Assembly (NCBI GenBank): GCA_050253335.1
Contig: JBFWJG010000030.1
Coordinates: 1-31,810 of the forward strand
Source: Deferribacterales bacterium
Lineage (GTDB): Bacteria > Chrysiogenota > Deferribacteres > Deferribacterales > Geovibrionaceae
Length of the DNA: 31,810 nucleotides
Direction: 5' to 3'
Shown here: piece by piece, positions 19,605 through 28,993 of the stretch
Layout: the number at the start of each line of letters is the position of its first letter
Position numbering within the stretch: position 1 is the first letter of the stretch
Program-made: the position numbers and the translations under genes
The notes under the pieces: generated by a model
Told to the model about the DNA's origin: nothing
Databases searched by the model: none
Seen by the model: the letters and a program-made list of their open reading frames with translations, nothing else

Positions 19605-19940
19605 TTACCCGTAGCTTTTAAGTGCGGACTCCGTAGTTTCGAACACCTTGAGCACTTTATGCAGACTGGTGATTTTAAGTATGTCCCTGATTCCGTGGCT
19701 GACTTCGGACAGAATGAGGTTCCCTCCGGTGCTTCTCAGATCTGCCGCGGCCTTCACAAGGGTTCCGAGCCCGCTTGAGTCAATATATATAGCTCCGTTC
19801 ATATTTATGACTGCGAACACGCTTCCTGCTTCCGTAATCTCCTTGATGAGTCTGCGGAAGTCTTCCAGATTATCATAATTTATTGATTTCGGTGCGGTTA
19901 TGACAACCGTGGTTTCATTTTCTTTTTTGTATTTCCACAT
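19605..19940 (-). CDS. STAS-domain anti-sigma-factor antagonist
   Basis: YIDSSGLGTL phosphorylatable motif; 111 aa. Confidence 0.88.
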   Translation of the reverse strand: MWKYKKENETTVVITAPKSINYDNLEDFRRLIKEITEAGSVFAVINMNGAIYIDSSGLGTLVKAAADLRSTGGNLILSEVSHGIRDILKITSLHKVLKVFETTESALKSYG

Positions 19941-20009
19941 AATTCTACCGTTTTATTGTGAATTATATGTTCTTTAATCTGCTTTGTAAACTCAATGTAA
20001 GTTCCCCGC

Positions 20010-20987
20010 TTATGAAGCGAAGTACACATAAGCCATGTAAACTGCGTAAAGAGCGGCGATACACCATGAAACAATGGAGATTCTTCTGTGCTTTTTCGCG
20101 CTTTTGTCAAGCTCGATGCCCAGAAGGACAAGGGCGACAACCATGGATGTTATGAGCACGGCCACTGTGTTAACCCTGCTTACAGAGGAGTACACATCCC
20201 CTTTGAGATAAAACAGGTCGCACACGCCGATTATGGTCACGTTGAAAATGTTTGAGCCGATGAGGTTGCCCACCGCCATATTCACCGAGCCTATTTTCAC
20301 GGCGGCTATGCACACTGCGAGCTCAGGAAGAGAAGTTACGAACGCGAGGAGAAAGTTGCCCACGAAGGAACCGCCCAGCCCCGTGTCAGTGGCTATGAAA
20401 TCTGCGGATTTGCTGAGGGCAAGGCCCGCGGCAACTATAATCGCCGCTGAAACCGCAAAGGACGTGAAAGCGGAGGCGAGGGTTGTTCCGTTAACATTGG
20501 TTTCCTCCAGATCCGCCTGCAGCTCGTCTTTGTGGATGAACGCTGTGTACATTGAAATGAGATAAACCGCAAATATAGCCACACTGGTGAGGTTCAGCCA
20601 GCCTATGGAAGGCACGGGCACGAAAAGCCCCACGCCGCTTATCATTGTGAGGATAATGACATAAAGCCCGGTGGTGACGTTTGACTTGCTGGCGTGCGCC
20701 AGTATGCTCCCCTTGCGGTACATGGCGTCCATTATGAATATGACCAGCATGTTGAACATGTTTGAGCCGTAAACATTGCCGAAGGCCAGATCCGGGTTGT
20801 CGACTATTGTCACGGCGCCGACGGATGAAATTACCTCGGGAAGGCTTGTGGATGCCGCAATCAGCGTAAGACCGATGAAACTGTGGCCGAGTCCGGTTTT
20901 TTCGGCGATAATATCTCCGCTGACCGACATTTTTTTACCGGCAAAAATTACCGCCGCGGCGGACGCGAGAAAAAGAATATAATACAT
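20010..20987 (-). CDS. Sodium:calcium antiporter (YrbG family)
   Basis: Two alpha repeats, TSLPE...GNVYGSN and TSLPE...GNLIGSN. Confidence 0.92.
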   Translation of the reverse strand: MYYILFLASAAAVIFAGKKMSVSGDIIAEKTGLGHSFIGLTLIAASTSLPEVISSVGAVTIVDNPDLAFGNVYGSNMFNMLVIFIMDAMYRKGSILAHASKSNVTTGLYVIILTMISGVGLFVPVPSIGWLNLTSVAIFAVYLISMYTAFIHKDELQADLEETNVNGTTLASAFTSFAVSAAIIVAAGLALSKSADFIATDTGLGGSFVGNFLLAFVTSLPELAVCIAAVKIGSVNMAVGNLIGSNIFNVTIIGVCDLFYLKGDVYSSVSRVNTVAVLITSMVVALVLLGIELDKSAKKHRRISIVSWCIAALYAVYMAYVYFAS

Positions 20988-21031
20988 ATTTAAAACACCT
21001 TAAATTGCAGATTTGTTTGAAGCACGGGAAG

Positions 21032-21679
21032 TTAAGAGTCAAGCTCTTTCAGAAAGGTTATCTTTCTTCCTTCGTAAGATATAACCTCTTCTTCGGCAAG
21101 CTTTTTTAAAAGTCTTGAGAAGGTCTCGGGCGTTGTCCCGAGCAGAAGAGCCAGCTCGCCCTTGGGAACAGGGAGAGTGACTGTGTTTTTCCCTTTGTGC
21201 TGAAGGGTTTCCAGATAATGCAGAAACCTGCCCCGAACATCCTTCAGGGTGAGGTTTTCTATCATATTGACGAAATATTTTATGCGCCTTGCAAGCAGAC
21301 CTATTATGGCCATAGCCACCTTAGGTGTTTTCTCAATCTGCCTGAAAAGCTCCGCCGCGTCCATTTCAAGGAGAATGCAGTTTTCCATTGCCTCCGAGGT
21401 CACAGGATAGCAGCATTCAAGCTGAAGTATTATTTCAGCGAACATTTCATTCTGCACCACAAAGTGGACTATGGCTTCCTTGCCTTCGTTGTTTGTTTTG
21501 TAGAGCTTGATTTTTCCTTCCAGCAGAAAATATATGTATCTGCCGCTCTCCCCTTCCATGAAGAGTATTCCGCCCTTGTCCAGGGTCTTCACCCTTGAGA
21601 TCCTGTCGATAACATCGTGTACGCTGTCATCACCGAAAAAAGCCGTTAAAAATTTCTTTACTGCAGTTTTTTTATCCAT
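21032..21679 (-). CDS. Crp/Fnr-family transcriptional regulator (HcpR/Dnr-like)
   Basis: cNMP-binding fold (LFMEGE...EGKIKLYK...GKE) and [15 protein letters not shown]; divergent from hcp. Confidence 0.9.
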   Translation of the reverse strand: MDKKTAVKKFLTAFFGDDSVHDVIDRISRVKTLDKGGILFMEGESGRYIYFLLEGKIKLYKTNNEGKEAIVHFVVQNEMFAEIILQLECCYPVTSEAMENCILLEMDAAELFRQIEKTPKVAMAIIGLLARRIKYFVNMIENLTLKDVRGRFLHYLETLQHKGKNTVTLPVPKGELALLLGTTPETFSRLLKKLAEEEVISYEGRKITFLKELDS

Positions 21680-21681
21680 TC

Positions 21682-21695
21682 TTGATCCATATCAA
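21682..21695. promoter_or_regulatory. FNR/Dnr/HcpR-type binding box
   Basis: Perfect TTGAT-ccat-ATCAA. A TATCAT -10 at 21717-21722 would place it near -41 relative to hcp. Confidence 0.85.
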
Positions 21696-21758
21696 ATCAT
21701 TTACCTGTTATTCTTATATCATAACTCCAACAGAAAAAAAAAGCAGGAGGACAAATTA

Positions 21759-23381
21759 ATGAGCATGTTTTGTATGCAGTGCCAGGAAGCAGCGAAAAAC
21801 ACAGGCTGTACAGTTAAGGGAGTTTGCGGAAAGCAGGCGGATACCGCTCAGCTTCAGGATCTTCTTCTCTACACTCTTAAAGGTATAGCTTTCGCGGGCG
21901 AGCACGCTCCCGCCGGAGTTTATGAGAAAGAGGCAGGATTTTTCACCATCAAGGCGCTTTTTGCCACAATCACAAACGCCAACTTCGACAACGTTAAGCT
22001 GACATCTCTTGTGAAAGAGGCTTTGAATATAAGAGAGTCCGTCAAGACTAAAGCGGCTCTGCCCGCACAGACACCGGACTGTGTTACATGGAAGCCCGCG
22101 AATGATGCGGATCTTGAAGCGAAGGCCGCCTCTGTGGGCGTTCTTCTTGAAACAAACGAAGACCTGCGCTCACTTAAAGAGCTTATCACTTACGGTCTCA
22201 AAGGCATCGCCGCTTATGCGGAGCACGCCGCTGTTCTCGGCTACGAAGATGACGCTATCTACTCATTTGCCAAGGAAGCTCTCGCAGCCACAGTGAAAAA
22301 CCTCAGCATGGAGCAGCTTATCGCTCTCGTTATGAAAACGGGCGAAATCGCCGTTACCACAATGGCGCTTCTTGATAAGGCAAACACCACAACTTACGGC
22401 AGCCCCGAACCCACAGAGGTTAATATCGGTGTCCGCAAAAACCCCGGTATTCTCATCTCCGGCCACGACCTTAAAGACCTTCAGGAACTCCTTGAGCAGA
22501 CCGAAGGCACAGGAGTGGACGTTTACACACACAGCGAAATGCTTCCCGGGCATTACTATCCCGCTTTCAAAAAATACAGCCATTTCGCAGGCAACTACGG
22601 CGGCTCATGGTGGCATCAGGATAAGGAGTTCGAAACTTTCAACGGACCTATCCTTATGACAACAAACTGCATTGTGCCGGTTAAGGATTCCTACAAAGAC
22701 AGAATCTTCACCACTGGCATGGCGGGTTACCCCGGTGTTAAGCACATAGCCGACAGAGCAAAAGGCGGCAAAAAGGATTTCTCTGAAATCATCGCCCTTG
22801 CTAAAAAGTGCGCTGCGCCCGTTGAGCTTGAGACAGGCAAAATCATAGGCGGTTTCGCCCACGGAACGGTTCTTTCCATAGCCGATAAGGTTATCGAAGC
22901 TGTTAAATCCGGCGCTGTAAAAGGCTTTGTTGTTATGGCAGGCTGCGACGGCAGACACAAAACCCGCTCACACTACACAGAAGTAGCGGAAAAACTGCCC
23001 GAAGGCTACATCATACTCACTGCAGGATGCGCTAAATACCGCTACAACAAGCTGAACCTCGGCACAATCGGCGGAATACCCAGAGTGCTTGACGCCGGTC
23101 AGTGCAACGACTCATACTCGCTCGCAGTCATCGCCCTTAAACTGAAAGAGGCTTTCGGACTTGACGATGTTAACAAGCTCCCCATCTACTATGATGTGGC
23201 ATGGTATGAGCAGAAGGCGGTTACTGTTCTTCTCGCCCTTCTCTACCTCGGCGTGAAAAACATCCACCTCGGACCCTCACTGCCCGCTTTCCTTTCTCCG
23301 GCAGTGGCAAACTTCATAGTTGAGCAGTTCAAACTCAGCCCCGTTAAAGAAGCGGACGAGTTTGTGGCAATGCTTGCTTAA
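21759..23381 (+). CDS. hcp: Hybrid cluster protein (hydroxylamine/NO reductase)
   Basis: [17 protein letters not shown]...[35 protein letters not shown] and WYEQKA motifs. Confidence 0.97.
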   Translation: MSMFCMQCQEAAKNTGCTVKGVCGKQADTAQLQDLLLYTLKGIAFAGEHAPAGVYEKEAGFFTIKALFATITNANFDNVKLTSLVKEALNIRESVKTKAALPAQTPDCVTWKPANDADLEAKAASVGVLLETNEDLRSLKELITYGLKGIAAYAEHAAVLGYEDDAIYSFAKEALAATVKNLSMEQLIALVMKTGEIAVTTMALLDKANTTTYGSPEPTEVNIGVRKNPGILISGHDLKDLQELLEQTEGTGVDVYTHSEMLPGHYYPAFKKYSHFAGNYGGSWWHQDKEFETFNGPILMTTNCIVPVKDSYKDRIFTTGMAGYPGVKHIADRAKGGKKDFSEIIALAKKCAAPVELETGKIIGGFAHGTVLSIADKVIEAVKSGAVKGFVVMAGCDGRHKTRSHYTEVAEKLPEGYIILTAGCAKYRYNKLNLGTIGGIPRVLDAGQCNDSYSLAVIALKLKEAFGLDDVNKLPIYYDVAWYEQKAVTVLLALLYLGVKNIHLGPSLPAFLSPAVANFIVEQFKLSPVKEADEFVAMLA

Positions 23382-23397
23382 TTCAGAAAACTTTACA

Positions 23398-23430
23398 GCC
23401 GGAAGGGTGCACGCCCTTCCGGTTTTTTTT
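23398..23430 (+). terminator. Rho-independent terminator of hcp
   Basis: GCCGGAAGGG-tgcacg-CCCTTCCGGT followed by a T-tract. Confidence 0.88.
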
Positions 23431-23435
23431 ATCTC

Positions 23436-23464
23436 TTGACTATCATTCCCGTACACAATATCCT
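23436..23464 (+). promoter_or_regulatory. Putative sigma-70 promoter for the receiver-domain gene
   Basis: TTGACT-N17-TATCCT directly after the hcp terminator. Confidence 0.45.
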
Positions 23465-23509
23465 CTAGAAAACAGTATATTATTGATAACAGCTTTCACG
23501 GGGTGAGGT

Positions 23510-23899
23510 GTGGCTTCATTGGACTTGAGCAAGCTCAGGGTACTTTGCGTTGAGGATGACGAAATAGCCAGACTCTCCATCGTCAACATAATACGCAGAA
23601 GGGCGGCGGAAGTTTACATGGCTTCCAACGGTCAGGAAGGTTTGGACCTTTTCATGGAAAAGCGTCCGGATCTTGTTGTTGCGGATCTCGCCATGCCTGT
23701 TATGGACGGTGCGGAAATGATCGCTTCCATCAGGGAGCACGACACCGATGTCCCCATAGTTATAGTGACCGCATTCCCCGATCAGGGCAAAAACCTTGAC
23801 GGTGCGGACTATATTATGGTCAAGCCCGTGCACAAGGATCTCCTTCTTGAGCTTCTCCATGCCTGCGTAAGGAAAATCAACGAAAAAAGGAAAGCCTGA
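23510..23899 (+). CDS. Single-domain response regulator receiver
   Basis: VLCVEDD, DLAMPVMDG, IVTA and KP motifs; GTG start. Confidence 0.9.
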   Translation: MASLDLSKLRVLCVEDDEIARLSIVNIIRRRAAEVYMASNGQEGLDLFMEKRPDLVVADLAMPVMDGAEMIASIREHDTDVPIVIVTAFPDQGKNLDGADYIMVKPVHKDLLLELLHACVRKINEKRKA

Positions 23900-24116
23900 T
23901 TTTTTTCACCTATTATCTTCTTTTTTATATTAGTTAAAAAAGCTTCTTTAAAATCTTTTTCATTCCAAGTGAACAGATGCTAAATTTTATTTTAAAAAAT
24001 GTTAAGAAGATCAAAATTTTGTATTGTTGTTTTAAGGTGAATTTGATATTCTTCGAAATATAAGCATATGACTGTCCGCAGCTTAATCCTTTCAATAAAA
24101 ACCACGGAGACTGTCT

Positions 24117-24338
24117 ATGAACTGGGGAAGCAGCATTTACCGTTTCGGCCTTTATGCAACATGGGGCATAGTGTTTATCATTGCTTATATCTACTGTGTA
24201 AAAACTTACGGATTTGCCCTTGGCGGCGGGGTGGGCTGGTTGCCTTCCGCTATCGCCGCTTATGTCGCAGGGCTTATCTGGCCTGCGGTTGTTCCTTTTC
24301 TCGTTTTTATGTTTTTCAGCGGCAGGTTCGTGGTTTAG
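24117..24338 (+). CDS. Small hypothetical membrane protein (73 aa)
   Basis: GGAG RBS; hydrophobic throughout; YGF.LG.G.GWLPS.I.A...G..WP pattern. Confidence 0.6.
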   Translation: MNWGSSIYRFGLYATWGIVFIIAYIYCVKTYGFALGGGVGWLPSAIAAYVAGLIWPAVVPFLVFMFFSGRFVV

Positions 24339-24344
24339 TTCCCT

Positions 24345-24533
24345 AGGCAATTTGTACATTCCGTCAAATTGCCTCACACGCTCGCGGACTGCAAAAGCAG
24401 TCCTTCGCTTCGCACGGCGCAGCATCTTGCCCTCATGCCCAAAATTTACCCTCCATGGAAATTTTGGATACACGCTCGCGGGCGGGTAAACCGCCCTTCG
24501 CTTCGCACGGCGCAGTTCCATCCATGGAACTGT
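24345..24533. repeat. Two tandem copies of a multi-hairpin intergenic element
   Basis: Shared linkers ACACGCTCGC and TTCGCTTCGCACGGCGCAG (24376-24422 and 24470-24515) between hairpins whose stems differ. Confidence 0.85.
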
Positions 24534-24569
24534 TTATGTGTCGGAACTTCATGTTAAGCTCATCCCCTT

Positions 24570-24768
24570 CCCGTCATGCTGAACGAAGTGAAGCATCTCC
24601 ATTCTGAGACTCTTCGCATTCGCTCAGAGTGACCGTGAATAAGAGACTTAAATCGTTATGCATTCTCTGCTCGGAGAAGATCTTTGTTGCCGGAACGGGA
24701 GGACAGGTCAGTTCTCGCCCGTCATGCTGAACGAAGTGAAGCATCTCCATTCTGAGACTCTTCGTGAC
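24570..24768. repeat. CGTCAT-type REP-like palindromes; 47-bp direct repeat (24570-24616, 24718-24764)
   Basis: CCCGTCATGCTGAACGAAGTGAAGCATCTCCATTCTGAGACTCTTCG occurs twice. Copy 1 continues into an inverted partner (to GTGAC at 24633); copy 2 has a 13-bp internal deletion. Confidence 0.85.
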
Positions 24769-24770
24769 TG

Positions 24771-25175
24771 TTATTTCTTTTTCCCGAAGTCGTGCCGGAT
24801 TATTTTGCCTTCAGCCTGGGTCCCGCTTTCGTCTTTGGGCTGTTCGGTTTTTGTTTCAGGAATACGGAAATTGACTATGAATTCAGGAGACACGGGATCA
24901 TTGAATATTGCGGCCACAGACTCAAAAGGGATGAAAACTTCCTCCCATCTGCCGGAGAATTTCATTGTGACTGATATAAACGAGTCCTCAATTCTGAAAT
25001 CCCTGTATGACTGGGGACCGAAAACAAGGACAATCCCCCTTGTTTTTTCCTCGTCCACCAGACCTCGCCTGCCGATCACTACGCCGGGATGAGGCGATAT
25101 GTGCATGAAAAATTTAAGATAATTGGCAGTAACGTTTTTGATGAGCTCTTTTTTGAAGAGTATTAGTGAGTCCAT
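24771..25175 (-). CDS. SspB-like ClpXP specificity factor
   Basis: GIVLVFG...DFRIEDSFISVTMKFSGRWEEVFIPFESVAAIF core with a flexible tail ending KIIRHDFGKKK. Confidence 0.7.
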   Translation of the reverse strand: MDSLILFKKELIKNVTANYLKFFMHISPHPGVVIGRRGLVDEEKTRGIVLVFGPQSYRDFRIEDSFISVTMKFSGRWEEVFIPFESVAAIFNDPVSPEFIVNFRIPETKTEQPKDESGTQAEGKIIRHDFGKKK

Positions 25176-25230
25176 ACTGATTTTATATCAGGAAAATAAG
25201 TTTTTACAAACCTGATTTTCCCTGCACGGC

Positions 25231-25917
25231 CTATGTCAGCAGGCTTTTCTGACAGTCCACAAGCTCGCGGATTGTGCTGTAGTGTTCATTTGCCTGAAAA
25301 ATCATCTTTGTGAAAACTTCCGCGGTGGCCAGCGCATCCCCGAGGGCTGTGTGTCTGCCGTTGCACTTCACGTTATATACATCAAAAAGATGATCGAGGG
25401 AGAGGTGATCCTCCTTTTTGATGATAGCGCGGGAATAAATAAGCATTGTGTCCAGCCACTGGTTGTGAATCTGACAGCCGAAACAGCTGCTGAGTTCCTT
25501 ATTGATCATTTTTATATCAAAGTTTATGTGGTGACCGACAATTACCGAAGTTCCGACGAATTTCAGGAAGTCGGGCAGGATTTCCTCAACCCTCGGCTTG
25601 TCCCGAACCATCTCGTCCGTGATGTTGTGCCACTTTATGGACTCGGGCGGAATTATCATTTCGGGGTTTATGAATGTGTTGTAAAAGTCGATTATTTTGA
25701 AATTCTGCACCTTCACGGCGGCAATGTTGATCACCCTTGCCTTAGTTAAGTCAAGTCCGGTGGTTTCCGTATCCACAACGGAGAACACCGCGTCCTCAAT
25801 CTTTTCGCCCATAGCCTGATGGTTTTTTGCGGCTTCGCACATTTTATTAACATAAATCGCGACAGGGTCTTTCGGCTTATTCTCAACATGTTTTCTGCCG
25901 AACAGCTTAGCAATCAT
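25231..25917 (-). CDS. DEDDh 3'-5' exonuclease (DNA polymerase III epsilon-like)
   Basis: VVDTETTGL, VGHHINFD and HTALGDA motifs. Confidence 0.9.
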   Translation of the reverse strand: MIAKLFGRKHVENKPKDPVAIYVNKMCEAAKNHQAMGEKIEDAVFSVVDTETTGLDLTKARVINIAAVKVQNFKIIDFYNTFINPEMIIPPESIKWHNITDEMVRDKPRVEEILPDFLKFVGTSVIVGHHINFDIKMINKELSSCFGCQIHNQWLDTMLIYSRAIIKKEDHLSLDHLFDVYNVKCNGRHTALGDALATAEVFTKMIFQANEHYSTIRELVDCQKSLLT

Positions 25918-26070
25918 CTTTCACCGGAGGAGTTTTCTGATTTATGAACATTTGTAATTTATAACACAATTTCATTTCGATGCTATTCTAAATATTTTTT
26001 TTCCCTTTTTCAAGCTTCTGTTTTTGGTTTATACTGTTTTTTACAATTGTTTACAGAAAAAAGGTGCTTT

Positions 26071-27396
26071 TTGTCGGATTCCTCTTTCGGTAAAAGGATA
26101 TGGACGGTTCTTAAAATATCCTTTCCCGCCGCTATGTATAACCTTCTCGGAATGGTTCAGTCCATGGTTGACATGCTTTTTGTCGGGCGCATCTCTGCCC
26201 TGAGTGTCGCCGCTGTGGGTGTCAGTATGCAGTATGTGGGTATGCTGTATGCGTTTATGTCGCTTTTTTATGTTGGGACAAACGCCCTTGTCTCAAGATT
26301 TTTCGGCGCGAATGATCCGGAGAAGGCAGGGCTTGTAAGTTATAACATGTTTGTTCTGGCGCTGATTTTCTCTGTGCCTCTTTTTATCATAGGCTATTTC
26401 AAGTCCCATCTGCTTTTTAATATTCTCGGAATGAGCGGGGAGATAGAGGCGATCGGCTCTGTTTATATGAAGATCTACTGCTTCTCGATTCCTGTGCTGT
26501 TCGCTCAGGGGGTGCTTTACAGCAGTCTGAACGCATACGGCAAAACGAAGATTCCGTTTTACATAGGTATTTTCGGCAACATAGTAAACTTTCTGCTGGA
26601 CTATGCCCTTATATTCGGCGCATGGGGCTTTCCTGCCCTTGGTGTTGCGGGGGTTGCGTATGCGACTGTCATCGCAAGGCTGCTTGAATTTTTTATATAT
26701 GCTTATCTGTGTTTTATCAGAAAGGAGATTCATTTTGTCATGCGCTTTTCGGACGATCTGCTCCGCAGGGCGCTTAAAGTCGGCTTCCCCACATGGATGG
26801 AGCGGATGATGACCTTTCCCACATATATTGTACTTTCCGCACTGGTTGCCAGATACGGAACAGAGGCACTCGCGGGCTATCAGATAGGTCTGCGGATCGA
26901 GGGGATAGCGTTCATGCCCGGCGTGGGGTTCATTGTGGCGACAATGGCGCTCACCGGCAGGCACTTGGGCGCCGGAAATCCCGAAGAAGCGGAGAAGGAC
27001 GCAATGGCCGCCACTGTGGCCGCATGTGCGTTTATGGGGTCGGTGGGGCTTTTGATGTTTCTCTTCCCTGCGCCTCTTGCGAGAATGTTCACTACGGACG
27101 CCGCCACTGTGGCATCCGCCGCGGAATATCTGCGGATCATGGGTCTGAGCCAGATTCCTCTGGGGGTGTTTTTCGTGATGAGCGGAGCTTTGAGAGGAGC
27201 GGGAGACACAAGGACGACATTTATCGTGAATACCGCCTGCATATGGCTTCTGCGTGTTCTGCCTGCCGCTGTCATGGTCTGGGCGGGGATTGCGCTTTTC
27301 TGGGTTTATCTCGTTGCGGCGCTGGAAAGCGCAGTGAGGGCAGGGCTGTTGGTCAGGGTATTCATTCGGGGCAGGTGGAAAAGCATCGCTGTTTAG
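26071..27396 (+). CDS. MATE family efflux transporter
   Basis: DMLFVGR..ALSVAAVG, G.TKIP, LGVAGVAYATVIAR and GALRGAGDT motifs; start uncertain (TTG 26071 after AAGGTG, ORF open from 26047). Confidence 0.9.
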   Translation: MSDSSFGKRIWTVLKISFPAAMYNLLGMVQSMVDMLFVGRISALSVAAVGVSMQYVGMLYAFMSLFYVGTNALVSRFFGANDPEKAGLVSYNMFVLALIFSVPLFIIGYFKSHLLFNILGMSGEIEAIGSVYMKIYCFSIPVLFAQGVLYSSLNAYGKTKIPFYIGIFGNIVNFLLDYALIFGAWGFPALGVAGVAYATVIARLLEFFIYAYLCFIRKEIHFVMRFSDDLLRRALKVGFPTWMERMMTFPTYIVLSALVARYGTEALAGYQIGLRIEGIAFMPGVGFIVATMALTGRHLGAGNPEEAEKDAMAATVAACAFMGSVGLLMFLFPAPLARMFTTDAATVASAAEYLRIMGLSQIPLGVFFVMSGALRGAGDTRTTFIVNTACIWLLRVLPAAVMVWAGIALFWVYLVAALESAVRAGLLVRVFIRGRWKSIAV

Positions 27397-27493
27397 GATT
27401 CAATTTATTTATGGCGTGCCTTTTTGTGAATTTGATTTGCAAAAATAAGATATTAAGCTATGATTGATAATAAACAATCAGGAGAGAATTTCC

Positions 27494-28993
27494 ATGGCCA
27501 ATATAACTATTAATATTCACAATATAAAAGGTATCTCATCAGCCAATCTTGAATTACCATTGGAAAATGGTGTGTATGCTCTTGTTGGGGGAAATGGAAC
27601 TGGTAAAAGTACTATTTTGCAATGCATAGCTCAATTAATTCGTCCACAAAATGCTTTACTTGCTTTAAAGCCAAATGATTACAAATCAGATTCATCTGTT
27701 GAGTTTTTTCATAAATCTGATTCAGATAAATGGTTTTATTCAAAAAAAGGATGGAGAAACCAGATTTATCAATCAAACAGACGAAAAGATGCAAAAAACA
27801 ACATACCAATCAATGGTATGTACGAAGGAAGCCTGTTTGTTGGTACACGATTTATGGATTCAAAGCAGGTTGATTATTTGGTTGCAAATCAGGAGCTTAC
27901 ATCATCTGATTTAGTACCTGCAGACGATTATGTAATAAAGAAACTGAGCTATATATTGCATGGCGATTTGACACATTATGCAAGTTTAAAGCGATTAAAA
28001 AATAGAGAATTAAAAGAAAAAAATAAATTGAAGAATCTGCCTTATTTTGTTGAAAGCTCTTTTGGGGGGCTTATCAGTCAATATCGTATGAGTTCAGGTG
28101 AATGCCTATTAGTATCTCTTTTACATTTCATTTATAATGCAATCATACGTTCATCTCTTCCTATTAATCTACCAATAATAATGCTGTTAGATGAGATTGA
28201 GCTTGCGCTTCACCCTGTTGCTGTTTCTAGATTTCTTGATTTGATTGAAGAGATAACTAAAAAATATCTAAATGTTGTTGCAATTTTGACTACTCATGCT
28301 CCTGAAGTTATTAGGCGTATTGAACCATCAAATATCTATAAATTGGAAAATGATAATGGAGATATTAGTGTAATAAACCCATGTTACCCAAGTTATGCAA
28401 TTAGAGAGCTCTACACACACGATAAGTATGATTATCTTGTGCTGTGTGAGGATGCTTTAGCAAAAAAATTAATTAATAGTATAATAGCAAAAAATAATGC
28501 TTGCACAAGCAAACTTGTTTGTGTACTTCCAGTTGGTGGATGGGAAAATGTCCTCAAATTACAATTAGAACTTGTGAAAAATAAAATACTTGGAGTTGGG
28601 ACACAAGTTATCAGTGTCCTGGATGGTGATATACAACATGAGTGCAAAAAGAAAACAGATTATGATTCGTTAAAAAAATTATTTTTGCCTATCGCAAGTA
28701 TTGAGAAATTTTTATTTTCAATTATATATGAAGGGAAAGATAAGGTACTTAGAAAGATTATTGGCGACAAATATTTCCAACTTCAATCTCTTGAAGAATT
28801 AATATCACAGTTTAATAAGAATAATGAAAATATGCCCAAACAACCAAATAAGTCGTTCTATAAAATGCTGAAAGACAATCTGTCTGAGCGTAAAATTAGT
28901 GAAGATGTTTTTATCGATTCATTGTGTGATGATATCAAAGACAATCGTGATTTATCAAAATTTACCGCCCAACTAATTGAACAAATAAAATAA
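27494..28993 (+). CDS. AT-rich ABC-type ATPase fused to a TOPRIM-like domain (OLD-like ATP-dependent nuclease, candidate defence protein)
   Basis: Walker A GGNGTGKST, signature MSSGE, Walker B MLLDEIE-LALHP, TTH switch; C-terminal LVLCED...VGG...VLDGD; AGGAG RBS before ATG 27494. Confidence 0.8.
   Translation: MANITINIHNIKGISSANLELPLENGVYALVGGNGTGKSTILQCIAQLIRPQNALLALKPNDYKSDSSVEFFHKSDSDKWFYSKKGWRNQIYQSNRRKDAKNNIPINGMYEGSLFVGTRFMDSKQVDYLVANQELTSSDLVPADDYVIKKLSYILHGDLTHYASLKRLKNRELKEKNKLKNLPYFVESSFGGLISQYRMSSGECLLVSLLHFIYNAIIRSSLPINLPIIMLLDEIELALHPVAVSRFLDLIEEITKKYLNVVAILTTHAPEVIRRIEPSNIYKLENDNGDISVINPCYPSYAIRELYTHDKYDYLVLCEDALAKKLINSIIAKNNACTSKLVCVLPVGGWENVLKLQLELVKNKILGVGTQVISVLDGDIQHECKKKTDYDSLKKLFLPIASIEKFLFSIIYEGKDKVLRKIIGDKYFQLQSLEELISQFNKNNENMPKQPNKSFYKMLKDNLSERKISEDVFIDSLCDDIKDNRDLSKFTAQLIEQIK

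Noticed and set aside
21507..21758. N-terminal extension of hcp in the ORF track (624 aa)
   Set aside because: It overlaps the Crp/Fnr gene antisense; the strong RBS and conserved MFCxQC start point to ATG 21759.
23934..24521. 195-aa minus-strand ORF with repeated LRRAKRR
   Set aside because: The peptide repeats are translations of the DNA repeat; it overlaps a better plus-strand ORF and has no recognisable domain.
24658..25092. 144-aa plus-strand ORF
   Set aside because: It is antisense to the SspB-like gene and begins in REP sequence.
26793..27467. 224-aa alternative-frame ORF inside MATE, and other long shadow ORFs (e.g. 7059-7790, 16970-17686)
   Set aside because: They overlap well-supported genes and show no motifs; typical frame shadows.
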